Shown here: in pieces, positions 48,545-60,462 of the stretch
How positions within the stretch are numbered: the stretch's first letter is position 1
How the letters are laid out: each line of letters begins with the position of its first letter
DNA from: Felis catus
Taxonomy: Eukaryota
NCBI RefSeq assembly: GCF_018350175.1
Contig: NC_058368.1
Span: 7,874,001 to 7,938,000, forward strand
DNA: 64,000 bases
Reading direction: 5' to 3'
Made by a program: the position numbers and the translations under genes
The notes under the pieces: generated by a model
The model's input: only the letters and a program-made list of their open reading frames with translations
What the model was told of the DNA's origin: nothing
Databases searched by the model: none

Positions 48545-49291
48545 AGAATCTCAACGCGAGTTGAAGTAACATAAAAATGCCATCACGAGTGAGGAAATGA
48601 AGTCTTCTCTATACTTTAGAAGACATCTGCATCCCTGAGATGTCTGATTTATACAGCTTTCCCCTATTCTCATTTTCATCTGTCTTGCGGGTGATCACGA
48701 ATCACCGTGCGATTTGGCCCTACTTCCCCGGGGCTTCTCTGAGTGGTTGTGTCTTTCAACACCAGAAAGATTATCTATCTATCCGTCTATGTAAATTTCT
48801 AAAGAGGAAATGTGTTGTGGTTGGGACCTGACGCTCTCACACAGTTCAGAGTTCTGACGGTCTCAATTATTCCGGCTTCACGATTTCACTTTACAGTTAG
48901 GTCAAGCCCCAGCTAAGCCGTTGGGATTTACAACCCACAGCTGACTTCCCCTTAGAATGTCCTAGTGGATCCCTCCAAAATCTTGAACCTGTGGTTACAG
49001 TGAGCTTACATCCCTGGTAGTTTCGAGCCTGAGATGTGAGAGGAGAAAGATCTTGGAAGTGACAGAAATCATTTCCCCGTGGACAGTGCTGGATGGTTTC
49101 ATTTACAGGGTTGGTTCAGCGCGCTTGCTGGCCTGATAGAAAACTCCCGAAGCCAAGGGGCTCCCAGCAGTAAAGACAGTGGTGTGGCCTGAGCAGAAGT
49201 AGCTTGTGTCTGTTCCCAGGCCACAGCTAACGTGTACCAGTGTTTCGGGGATCTAGTGGGTCGGCCGAAAGCCAAACTACAGCATCCATAC

Positions 49292-49396
49292 CTTTCAGCA
49301 TCTTTACAGCCACAGTCCGGCACGTGGGGGATTTCTTAATGCCAAATGCGGACGCTTGAACCACCTTTCCAAAAGCCCCTCTTCCGAGTGACTTGC
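49292..49396 (-). CDS. FLT1: FLT1 exon 18 (Gly-rich loop, VAVK lysine)
   Basis: tgcag|GC ... G|gtatgg; 105 nt; [35 protein letters not shown]. Confidence 0.98.
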
Positions 49397-52300
49397 CTGC
49401 AATGAAAAGACGACATTGATCTGTTTGCGAAGCCAGCAGGATGAGGACAAGTCTCTTTCGGGAAGAAGGTGCCTTTTGACCTATGTGTGTATGGGAGCCG
49501 TGTAGCTTTGAATGGAATCTCCAACACACTGAGCCCAAAAGAGTCAAAGTAAGGGACACACTTCTGGGGTATCTTTCTTCCACCTCCTCACTGGGCTTCT
49601 GAGGGGCCGTTATCCTTTGCAGCTAGGCCAGGCCCCTAGGATGCATTTGGTGTGGGTGGGTGACCAATTTCCTCTTCACAAAATCCTCCCAGGGGGGCGG
49701 GGGTCTCTTCCATCGTTTAATGACATTATTACCAAGACCTCCCTTTGTTTAACCTAAGCCCCTTTTCTTGCCTCTGAAGGTCATTTCTTCTGATCTGTTT
49801 TCAGCAGAAAGGAAGAAAACAGAGAATGGGGGTTACTGCTATTGGTTACCATAATGCTCCATAGCTACAAAAAAATCACTAAGTCATTTGTCAGACTTCC
49901 TTGCCAGCCAAGATATTCTAACATGTCCTTACATGATGTACAGGCCTTCGTGGCTCAGCACACGAGTCTATCAACCAACCACTGGTAGTTAATTGGTTTA
50001 AGCTGCAGAGAAATGGTTGCCAAATGCAGTAAGAAAGTAAGGTTTCTTTCGTGGGACCTGTTATGTTATGCCATAACAGCTGTTTTAACACGTTTCTTTC
50101 CTCACCCTTAAATGAGACCACTTGACTCAGAGGGGCATCTACCACGTGGGAATCTTCCCAGGACCTAGCTCAGCGCTCGGTGCAGAGGAGGCCCCTTGTG
50201 CGTTAATGCAGAATGAAGAGCAGCGATTTGGGAACTTGTGAGATGCTCAAAGCAGTCACGGGTAACTAGAGGAACCCCCCTGTCCCCAGTGGGTCGGAGA
50301 CAGTGAGGGCGATGCTCCGTGAAGAGCGCATACCCCCCCCCCCCCCCCCCCCCCGGAATACCTCAGTCCCCTTTTATATCAGGGAATTTCTTTTGCACCA
50401 TCAGGAAACAGGTAGCTGAATACAGCCTGGAGAAAAAGTACACCTCAAGCAGGATACGGCAAAAGGAAGAGTGAACCAAAGAAGTCACTCTTGTTTGGTT
50501 CTTGGTTAGGGAAAAAATAGCCAACAGAATGCCTCTGGTCAGAAGTAAATCCCGGTAGGCAGAGTGGTAATTTAACACGACCCCTCCTCCCTCAGCCTAG
50601 TCCTCTTTATCGACTGTTCTGCTAAGGCACCTTCAGTGAGTTAACGAACCAACCTTCCGTCCTTATACTCCAATCCCTTCCCCCCAAAAGATATAGGTGC
50701 GTGTTTGTTTCTAAGATTCTTGTGAAGTTTGCCTGCTTCCTTATCACATTACAACTTTATACTTTTAGGCACGATGACTCAGTCACGTAGGTGACTTCCC
50801 CCTGCCTCTGCTTAGCGTCTTCCGCTCACTACCAATCCCCCGAGGCCATCTAGTCAGGACACAGGAAAGATTCGTTGGCCAGTGTAATCAGAAAAGTCTC
50901 TTTGTCGCTATCTCTTTGCATCTCCTGGGGACAGATAGGAGGGAACATTGGTGACGCGACTTGCTTTTTCTCTGGTCCAAATGCCCCTGGCAGCGACGGG
51001 GAAAGGTCATTGGTCCTAGAGTGCGCACCATGGACAGGGACAGAGTCTCTGCTTCCTCCTTCAGCTAAAACTGTCCATGAAGTAGACCAGGATGGGGACT
51101 CTAGGTTGAAATAAAAGTGCCTCGGGTGGACCCTGCAGGACCGGGACGTGGAAATCACGTACAGAATGAGTACCAGCGGCTACCTTCTCCAGACTTGTAA
51201 AGATCGGTGTATTTTGGCTAAAGGCTTGCCCCTTGCTGTTTTAGGGCAAAAGAACGTGTTTCTTCTGCAGTGCCTTCTACCGTCTAATAGGAAAAGTGTC
51301 CCGAGCCTGACAAATATCAAGATGATCTCTATCTTAGGGACACCTCTCCACATACCGTGAAGACCCTTGCTGCTTGGGGGGCAGGCAGAACCCTTTTCCC
51401 TTCCACGGCCTCAGCCCACACGCATTCCCTCCTTAGCCATCACAGCGCACTTCATTTTCACTGGTGTTTGGGGAGTTTGCTTCTGTCAGTGAGAATAAGC
51501 TCGTTCTCACTTGGCTTCCCTCGGCTTTTCCATCTTTTCTCTCGGAAGCCTGACTGCTGCCTCATAAAACAGCATGAAGCTATTACGGGCTCTTTGATCA
51601 TCTGATGCCTCGGAATCCTTTGGAGGACCCACGGTTCCAGCTTCAGGGGAGCCAGGCTTGACCTTGCCTGATCCTTCTTTTCCCTTAAAATCCTCCTCGG
51701 TGTTACCCAAATGCCACCGACTGGCTTGTGAAAGAGCTAGGTCGCTGCCATACAATGAAAGGCCATTGGAACCTCCTCCAAGAATGTCCTTGACCGGTCA
51801 GGGCCCCGGGGACACTCCGGGGAGGGCGCAAGGCACCACTGCCACGCAGAGCTGGTCTTCCAAGAGGCAACACCTGCCCGGGCGCCATCCACTTGCAAAT
51901 TCCAGACTCCTTGTGTTGTGGCCTACATTAGGCAATGCTGACTTTATTTTGCAGTAGAAGATGCACTGTCCGACATTGTCCCACCTCCTGTGATAAAATG
52001 TAAGGGCTGAATTCTCCCTGACGTTTAGCGAGGAACCACTAACAAAACAGATTCCTTTTGTTCCTGGATTTCAGGAATTTCAACGAAAGCAGCACTTTTG
52101 ACCCAAACTCCTACTGCATCTATCAGGTACCATAAATTCCGACTTCTCTCAACAGCGCTGCTAATAGTTACCGACGGCGTCCACACAGCTGAAAAAAATC
52201 AGATGCGACTTGTCTGTGTATTTCCCCGCACAGCGTATTCTTCTGTGTGTGTTGACAGCCCCATTATAACTCTGCCCATCAAACCAGCTTTTTCTCTCCA

Positions 52301-54044
52301 TCCATCCAGACAGACTCTTGGTTACTTTCACTTGCCAGACATTACTTCAGATTACTTTCTGTCATGTATTTGGCTTACGAACCAAAAAATCTTGGGCCTT
52401 TTGCCCCCATGCTAGTAGGGGGAGCCTTCTTCTGGCCCTTGCAGCCACACTCTGCATTGAAAGACACAGTGAGCTGACTTGACACCCTTTCTCTCACCCA
52501 TCAAAGACACTCCCATCCACATGAGCCAAATCATGACATCTGGCACCTCCAGGAAGGAAGAGATCCGTAAGAAAGGTCTTCAGCAAGGAGAATCGCCTGA
52601 AACGGGATTATCTGAACCCACAGAGCCCCAGGGGAAATCTGGTGGAAGGATTAGCAGTGTCCCTCGGTGTGATATAGATCACAGGGATAGATACCAGGCG
52701 CAGGAGTGAAGAGATGGGACGAACAGCTCGTCTGTCCTATACAGGAAGAAGCATGTCTGATGGTGACTAATAACTCTGGAAAGCAACGCGGCCTGAGAAT
52801 GGCTTACGGTTGTGGGAAAATTATCTCAGTTCCTTGCCAAGGTCACTGAGGGGCTGGGCTAGCTGCCATATAATTTAGACTTGCAGAAGGAACTCATTTA
52901 TGTACCACCTGCCCTTAACGACTCTAAATTCAGTTGATATTCCCACCCCCCCCCCACACCCACCCATCAGCAGCCATTGCTGGCTTTTGCCTGTCTCTCC
53001 AGCTTCTTACTGATTTCCAGTGTTCTTCCCCAAGCCAAACAGAACATACTCTTGGGGCCAAGTATTCTTTCTCATGTAAGAAGAAACCTAAGTGGAATCA
53101 TTTCAAGGCCCGAGCTGTGGGGGGAGGGGAGGCAACGCAGCTGAATTTAAAACAACAGGCCCTTTTGCCGAGGGTGACAAGATCCAGGAACACTGGGTCC
53201 ACGAGTTGGGTTCCTAGTTCCAATTATTAATGATTCTGGCACACACAGAGCGACTGGAAATTTTTCAGAAGCCACTATCCAAAAATTTTGGGCAAGAGTA
53301 ATCGCGGCCCCTTTTGTTTTGTACTACTGAGGGCTGGAGATCGATTTGCATCGTGGTGTCTGAGCTGGGAGGGGTGGGGGGGACTTGGGGTCGATCTCAG
53401 GGAAAGCACGGTTGCCTGATGTTTACAGCATCTATGTTACCTGGGAAACAACAGCCCGTGCTCTTCAAACCTGAAACGCTAATGACCCCTAGCACTTTCT
53501 TCTCTGTCTGGACATCCTGAACACCCAGGAAAACTCAGAGTATCTCATCTGTGGATTTGTGCAGAGGGGTTTTTTGACCCACAGCCTTCAAGGGCACCGA
53601 CGCGTTCACCAAAGGTTTGGTTGGGCCGTTCCTTGCCATCTTGAGTTGTGTTCTAGGTTACAAATTTCTGAGTCCCCCAAAAGGTCATTAAGGGTGCCTG
53701 TAGTTGTAAGCTTCCTGATGGAACTCATCTCTGCCCTTCACCTGTCTCCTTTGGTGGCTGCCTCCTTCACCCTCTGAGGCAAGACACTCAGACGCCTTTG
53801 CACCCCCGCGGCTTAGACGGGTGTCTGCTGCTCAGAGAAGGTGCTGGGAAAGTGTTCGGAGAAGGAGCAGGTGCCCTGTCCCCTTGTACTGCTGTCCCAG
53901 CACTGTTAGGATTATCTACCCCAGTGCCCATCTCCCTTGCTAGTCTGTGAGCAGCTGGAGGGTAGAACCCGAGTCTCGTTGACTTTTGCAGCCCTCAAAC
54001 CACACGTTTTGCACGTTTAGGAATCTGTTGAACAAACACATTAC

Positions 54045-54177
54045 CCAGTTTGAGTCTCTCCCGGGCAAACTCCCACTTGCTGGCATCATAAGGGAGCCGC
54101 TCGCACTGCTCGTCCAGGGGGACTTCGTCTGGGTCCATTATAATCGATAGGTAGTCAGTCTTTATTTCCGAGGAAGA
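54045..54177 (-). CDS. FLT1: FLT1 exon 17 (juxtamembrane)
   Basis: ctcag|TCT ... G|gtaatg; 133 nt; [44 protein letters not shown]. Confidence 0.97.
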
Positions 54178-54251
54178 CTGAGAAAGAAAGAGATCGTGAC
54201 GTCACTATCAAGGAAACAACTTACAAAACAAAAACCCGGATGCCCAATTTA

Positions 54252-54497
54252 TTTATTTATTTATTTATTTATTTATTTTAAAATTTTTTTTTCAACGTTT
54301 ATTTATTTTTGGGACAGAGAGAGACAGAGCATGAACGGGGGAGGGGCAGAGAGAGAGGGAGACACAGGATCGGAAACAGGCTCCAGGCTCCGAGCCGTCA
54401 GCCCAGAGCCCGACGCGGGGCTCGAACTCCCGGACCGCGAGATCGCGACCTGGCTGAAGTCGGACGCTTAACCGACTGCGCCACCCAGGCGCCCCTG
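54252..54497 (-). mobile_element. Young SINEC_Fc just upstream of the FLT1 exon 17 acceptor
   Basis: Perfect 16-bp TSD ccggatgcccaattta (54236-54251, 54498-54513); (ATTT)n tail. Confidence 0.95.
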
Positions 54498-56189
54498 CCG
54501 GATGCCCAATTTAAAACAGTGCCTAGCAACACCTGCTGCTCGTTGAAACCGTGTGGTTGGGTACAGAAAGTCCCCCTCTGCATACGCACACGCACATCAC
54601 ACTTGGGCGTGCAACTCCCACTAAACAAGCCCTTACGGTTCTCACGCGGCTTTTCGGTAGACTGGCTTCACCGCGCTGCCCAGATAACACGCGCCCAGGT
54701 TCTCCAGTGACCTGGGTGCTTGTTCTTAGACAATTATCATATGACAGTCCTTCTCCAAAAAAGCATAAACGTCATTCCAAACGACTGACTGAAAATACCT
54801 CTCCATGGCCATTCTGCACAAGCAGGAGCATACGTCACAAGGTGACAAGTGGGATTGAGGCTTTTCAGCATTTGCAAGAATGGCGAAGTGAACCCAGGAG
54901 CCCTGGGACAGTTAAGAGGCATATTTCCTGTGAAGTCTTTAAATCTACTCAGAAGTCCTGGCCCCTTGGTTGCTGCCGCTGCCCGGAAAAACTGTAGGGT
55001 CCATCAGTGAGAACACAGTAAGATTTACCTCTGATAAGAAACAGAAGTTGATTATTTCAAAGGCCAAGGGGTAAATTGGGTCTGAGATTCAAACACAGCC
55101 ATGTCCTGATCGCGTTTGGCATCAGTAGGACGTCAAACAAGGCGGGTGTCTCCCTTCAGGCCCTTATTTTATCTTGGCAAGGCACATCGAGCCCAGAAAA
55201 TACCCTTTATTTCAGATCACAGATGAGTGGATTTGCATTTAGTGTCTTAGAGTCATAGCAGTGGGTGTATTGCCTGTTCATTCGGTGTAGAATTGATGAT
55301 GGCATTTCTGTGGGCAGGACAGAAAGGAAGTATGCTTGCCCACATAAGGTGGGCTTTGATCAGTCTCGCCGAGGAGTCGCATAAACTGCGTTTCAATGAG
55401 TTTCGGGCCCGTCCTGCGTTGCCCTTCCCTCAGCAGGACCAGAGTTCAGGAGAGAAGACACCCTCTCCATACACACCATGTCACGCTCGCCCACATTCTT
55501 CAGCTCTAACTCACCCTGCCCTGGGCTGTCACAGCTCACCTCATCCATCACTTGCAATCGGTCTCCTACTCACAGGAATTATCACTAAAATGTGTGACAA
55601 ATCGCTCAAAGCAGAAAGACTGGCCCAGCCTCCACGACGAGGGGAAAACAGAGAAGGATGTGGAGCACATTCGTCACCAGCTACATTGGCCATCGGTGCC
55701 AGTCTTGTAGGGGCCAGCCTGTCGGACAATGGTGTGAGTCTGTAAGACTGGAAAGGAATACAAACCCCTATCCCAGCGTGCCGGTGTGCGCTAGAGAAGC
55801 CGCTGGAAGAGGTTTTATGAGTACGCTTTTCCATGTCCAGTCGAAACAATCCGACGAGAAACAATCTCCCATCTTCCAAGGGCACAGGACAGCGAGAGCC
55901 CAACAAGGGACATCTCACTTTCCGGAGAGCGCGTGGGGAGCTTGGGAGGGGTGTTGAGAGCGAGGCAAGGGGCCGGGCAAAGAGACACAATCTCCCCATC
56001 TGGCACCTATGGAATTTTATGGTTTATCTCAATCAGGCAGGTGAGAGGCAACACCACACAAGTGGTTGAGGAGAGTGGGATCATAGAACCTTAGTCGGCA
56101 AATATTTATTCTTTCAATTGACACTAACACTGAGCAGCTACTAGGTGTTTGGCATGGAGGTTGCACAGCTAAGCACTTTCAGAGGCCAG

Positions 56190-56420
56190 GCATTGAGGCT
56201 GGCGGGCCGGATCTGAGTCACAGATCAACTCCGGACCAGCACATAACCTTGGCAAGTTGCTTAACCCTTCTCAACCTAGTTTCCTTATCTGTGAAATAGT
56301 GATAATGACAGTCCTTATCTCCTAGGGCTGTTGTGAATATTATGGGAAATAATCCATGCAAAGCTGTTAGAACAAGGCATGGTATACAGTAAGCATCAAT
56401 CAACGATCCACGTTAGCTGT
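56190..56420 (+). mobile_element. MIR SINE
   Basis: accttggcaagttgcttaaccctt..gtttccttatctgtgaaatagtgataat..agggctgttgtgaat. Confidence 0.75.
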
Positions 56421-57129
56421 AATTGTAACACTGGCCTATTGCAGGGTGGGGATTAAAAGGATAACGTCCAGTCCGTATCAACCAGGAATTCACTTGCGGT
56501 TTAGAGAAACCACATGGAAATAGTTTTTGAGGACTTGTATCTCCTTGCCTCCTACAATTAATCACCTTTCAAATTTTATAAGCATTCCCTTCTGGAGAGA
56601 GAATCCTTTCTTGCTCTCATCCCTTCTTATTGAACTCAAGGTTTCAGATTTTTAGAAATACTAGGGCCATCTTCAATTTAGACCCAATTCACCTTTCCAG
56701 TTTTATTTCCACTCTGCCCCTCTGTGCTCCTCCCCTAATCTGGGGCGTGAGGAGGAGTGTGGTGGGCTGCATTTTTCTGCCGCTTTCCTTCCAACTGCAA
56801 CCTTCAAACTCTTTCTCTAAACCTCACTTTCTCTGAAGTTTTTTCTCTCTGTCCCTCCTTTGTGGCCTCCGAACGGGCCTTCCAGATTTGGCGGGTCTAA
56901 TCTATTTGGCAAGTTTGATCCATTTCCCTTTATGATGTCTCTCCCCCGTCAATGCCACTGTGTGGCCTCTGTTTCCTTCTAAAGTAGTGTGGCCTTAGCT
57001 GTCACATCTCAAAACCCATCATTCCACACGGGGGACTCCTGATGGTACCTATTCACCACGGAGGACGCCTGCTATCCTCGCCTCTCATTTCAACGGCTAT
57101 GAAGGACACCTTGTTGGTTTTGGTTACAA

Positions 57130-57330
57130 GTCTAGGTAAGGTCGAACGACCTTGGTTCAAAACTCAGCTCCCACTCTAACCAGCTTTGTGACTTTGGACA
57201 AGTTATTTTACCTCTCTGAGGCTCACTTTCTCTCTCTATAAAATGGGAATAATAGTATGTCTTACCTCTTTGCATTTTTTGGAAGAATTACCGGAGACAC
57301 CACATAAAAAAGCTTGTCCTAAGACATGAC
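57130..57330 (+). mobile_element. MIR SINE
   Basis: ggttcaaaactcagctc..gtgactttggacaagttattttacctctctgaggctcactttc..ctataaaatgggaataata. Confidence 0.75.
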
Positions 57331-58511
57331 ACGATGATAAGGGCTGATAAGTCTCTAGCAATGGAGGAGGCCTCCTTGATGCTTTTCAAGTTCTGTTTTA
57401 CCTGCGAAATAGCTCTGGATCCTAATCACCTGGACGAAGCTCATATCATTTCTTAGTTGGACTCCTACAAAGTCTCCGGCGCAAGTTCCTCTCTACTCAC
57501 TCTTGCCTCCTCTGGTCCATTCTCACAGCAGCCAAAATTCTCTTTCCAGACGCAAAGCTCTGACACTTAGGATTGCCTGCCTTTGTTGAACAACACCCCT
57601 CCCCGCCCTCGCCCTCACGCCCCCCCAGACTTCCTTTTACTTCCAGAATACAGACTCCCTTTCTTACTGTCTCACCGGGCTTTACGGCCCCTCCTCTCCG
57701 GCCTCACCTCCTACCCAGTTCCCATGCTGCAGCCACGCTGGCCTCCGTGAGTCTCTCTTTCCCGCGGGGTCCCGGCCCTGCCCCGGCCTCTCACAGGCTC
57801 TTCTGTCTGCCTGCAACACTCTTCCCTCCCTTCTCTGCCTGACCACCCCCTCACGCATCTTTCAGTCCGCTGCCTCTAACGGCAGTCTCACATTTGTCTG
57901 TGAAACGGAGTAAAGCCAGTCTCCTCTCCAGTAAGTATTTGAGGCACGGATGGGTGAAGGACTGTTGGCTCCTTAGCCCACAGAACTTCAGAGAAGCCCG
58001 CGGTGCTGCAGGCTGAATGACAGAAACCTGACGTCCCGCGTTCCAGCCTGACCCTCCCACTGAAGAACTGAGTTGTACGGCGGGGCTCCGAGAGCTCGGA
58101 ACCACAGTCCACTTGTTGGTAATTCTACAACGTGAGGAGAGGCAAGTCGGAGGACAGTCTTTATTTTGCGTTCGCCTTTGCACGTCTCAGCAGAGAATAA
58201 GGAAATAAAGACTGCGCAGGTCTCGTGTCGAATTTAAAGGTTTTATCACACATTTTTATACCAACGGCGTCCCCTCCGTTCCTGGGAAACGGTCATCTAT
58301 TCACTGCTCGAGGTTTTACTCTCGATGCTACGGGTGACGGTCGAGAGGCATTTTAACGATTCATGCCGGGTGTTCCCCAGGTCGGAGACCGAAAGAAGAG
58401 GGAAGGAGACTAGAGGCTAACGTGTGGTCTAGGGCCGGGTCTAGATGCGAGACGAGCGTTTTAGAGTTTTACGGAAACAGGAGCGTGGAACCTCATCCGA
58501 ATCGTTCTTAC

Positions 58512-58618
58512 CCTTTTCAGTTTGCGGATAAAGAGCGTTAACAGGAGCCAGAAGAGGGTTGCGGCCACACAGGTGCACGTCAGAGTGATTAGCTCCAGGT
58601 TGGACTTGTCCGAGGTTC
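58512..58618 (-). CDS. FLT1: FLT1 exon 16 (transmembrane helix)
   Basis: tccag|GA ... AGG|gtaaga; 107 nt; GTSDKSNLELITLTCTCVAATLFWLLLTLFIRKLKR; upstream exons lie beyond the window end. Confidence 0.97.
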
Positions 58619-58910
58619 CTGGAGGGAGCAAAACAAGATGGTCTTCAACAAGCACCACCAAACCGAGGGTCTCTGTGATTCTACAGAACAGGTCCAAATG
58701 CCCCTAAATGGTTCGCCATGGCGCATGCAGCCCGGCGGCTCAAGGGTTGGTCTCTGGGACGGGTCTCCCCTCACCTTCCGAGCCCGGCAGGGCGCATATT
58801 TCACCATCCTAAGCTCACGCGGAAATTAAAGGGAGTTTCAGAAATTCTGTGGCTGAGCTCGCAAACGTTGTAATCCCAGAAATAGCTACTTCAAAATCCG
58901 AGGAGAAATT

Positions 58911-59128
58911 AAAGAACAATTTTTTTTTAAACGTTTATTTTATTTTTGAGAGACACAGAATGCGAACGGGAGAGACACAGAAGAGAGAGAGAGACGCAGA
59001 ATCCGAAGCGGGCTCCGGGCTCCGAGCTGTCAGCCCAGAGCCCGACGCGGGGCTCGAACCCACGAGCTGTGAGATCGTGACCTGAGCCAGAGTCGGACGC
59101 TCAACCGACTGAGCCACCCGGGCGCCCC
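58911..59128 (-). mobile_element. Can-SINE (FLT1 intron 15)
   Basis: TSD ccgaggagaaatt (58898-58910, 59129-59141). Confidence 0.93.
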
Positions 59129-59780
59129 CCGAGGAGAAATTTTTAAAAAGGGAAAAAATGAAGGCGGGAACAAAAGCCCATTAAAGTGCTAAATCTGGAA
59201 TATGTGAGCTCTTCCTCATGAGTTTTAGAGGAAATTCTAAAGAAAAATACCTAAGAATAAAAACGACACAAAAGGGCTCCTCTGGGACTCACAAAATTCT
59301 TCTACTTTGATTTTAAAAATAAAAATAAAACTCAAGGACCATCACCAGTGCCTGCTCACTCCTTTTGGAACAGCCGGCCAACTGGCCCACCTCCTGCTCC
59401 TTGCTCTGTCTCTGCCTCTGACCTTCGAAACAGCAGCCAGCCTGCAGGGGCTGCGACGAGAAGGGGGTTCTGCCCAAGCACCTCATTTCCCGGAATCACG
59501 CAGAGATCTAAAGCTGAGCAGTTCCTCCAGCACCAGACGAGAAAAGACCCAAAGTGTTCAAGAGAAGCCTCCAGAGAGGACGATCTTTGGGATCTGTAAA
59601 GGAATGCCCCAGTGGGCCAGAACGGTGGTCCCCTACTTACTGGTTCCAGGGGACAATTTCCCATGAATTTCAAAGGACTGCCTTTGAACCTCATTACAAG
59701 GAGGCAGAGGCTTAGTATTAAGCTAGGGAAGAACAAATGGAACTCACTCTTTTTAGAAACAATGATGTGACTGGTATCAT

Positions 59781-59989
59781 TTTTTTAAGTTTATGTATTT
59801 AATTTGAGAGACACAGAGACAGTGCCAGTGGGGGAGGGGCAGAGAGAGGGAGAGAGAGAATCCCAAGCAGGCTCCACACTGTCAGCACAGAGCCTGAGGG
59901 GGGGCCCGAACTCACAAACCGCGAGATCCTATGACCTGAGCCCAAACCAAGAGTCGGATGCTTAACCGACTGAGCCACCCGGGCGCCCC
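59781..59989 (-). mobile_element. Can-SINE (FLT1 intron 15)
   Basis: Full element; tggtatcattt on both flanks. Confidence 0.9.
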
Positions 59990-60247
59990 AATGAATGGTA
60001 TCATTTATTGAGCACCTACTATATGCCAAGCCCTTACAACCACCCTAAGGAGTAGGTAGCAATAATATCCTTGTTTCCTAGATGAGGGATTCATCGTGTG
60101 GGCTCTTTGTTTCGATTCAACAAGGAGGTCCTGAATCCTACTGGAGGCGACATTCCATCTGGAGGCAACGGGAAGGTGAGCAAGAGAAAGGTGTCACTCT
60201 CCTGGAGCTCATCACTCGCAACCCAACCAAGACTTAGGGCCAATACA

Positions 60248-60462
60248 GGGGCGCCTGGGTGGCTCAGTCGGTCAAGCGTCCGACTTCGGCTCAGGTCATG
60301 ATCTCGCGGTTCGTGAGTTCGAGCCCCGCGTCGGGCTCTGGGCTGACAGCTCGGAGCCTGGAGCCTGTTTCGGACTCTGTGTCTCCCTCTCTCTCTCTGC
60401 CCCTCCCCCGTTCACGCTCTGTCTCTCTCTGTCTCAAAAATAAATAAACGTTAAAAAAAAAA
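60248..60462 (+). mobile_element. Can-SINE (FLT1 intron 15)
   Basis: TSD aagacttagggccaataca (60229-60247) / aagacttaaggcccataca (60463-60481). Confidence 0.93.

Noticed and set aside
50334..50354. Long C or G homopolymers (also 22222-22238, 42445-42476)
   Set aside because: Simple repeats whose lengths are unreliable in assemblies; no independent evidence of function
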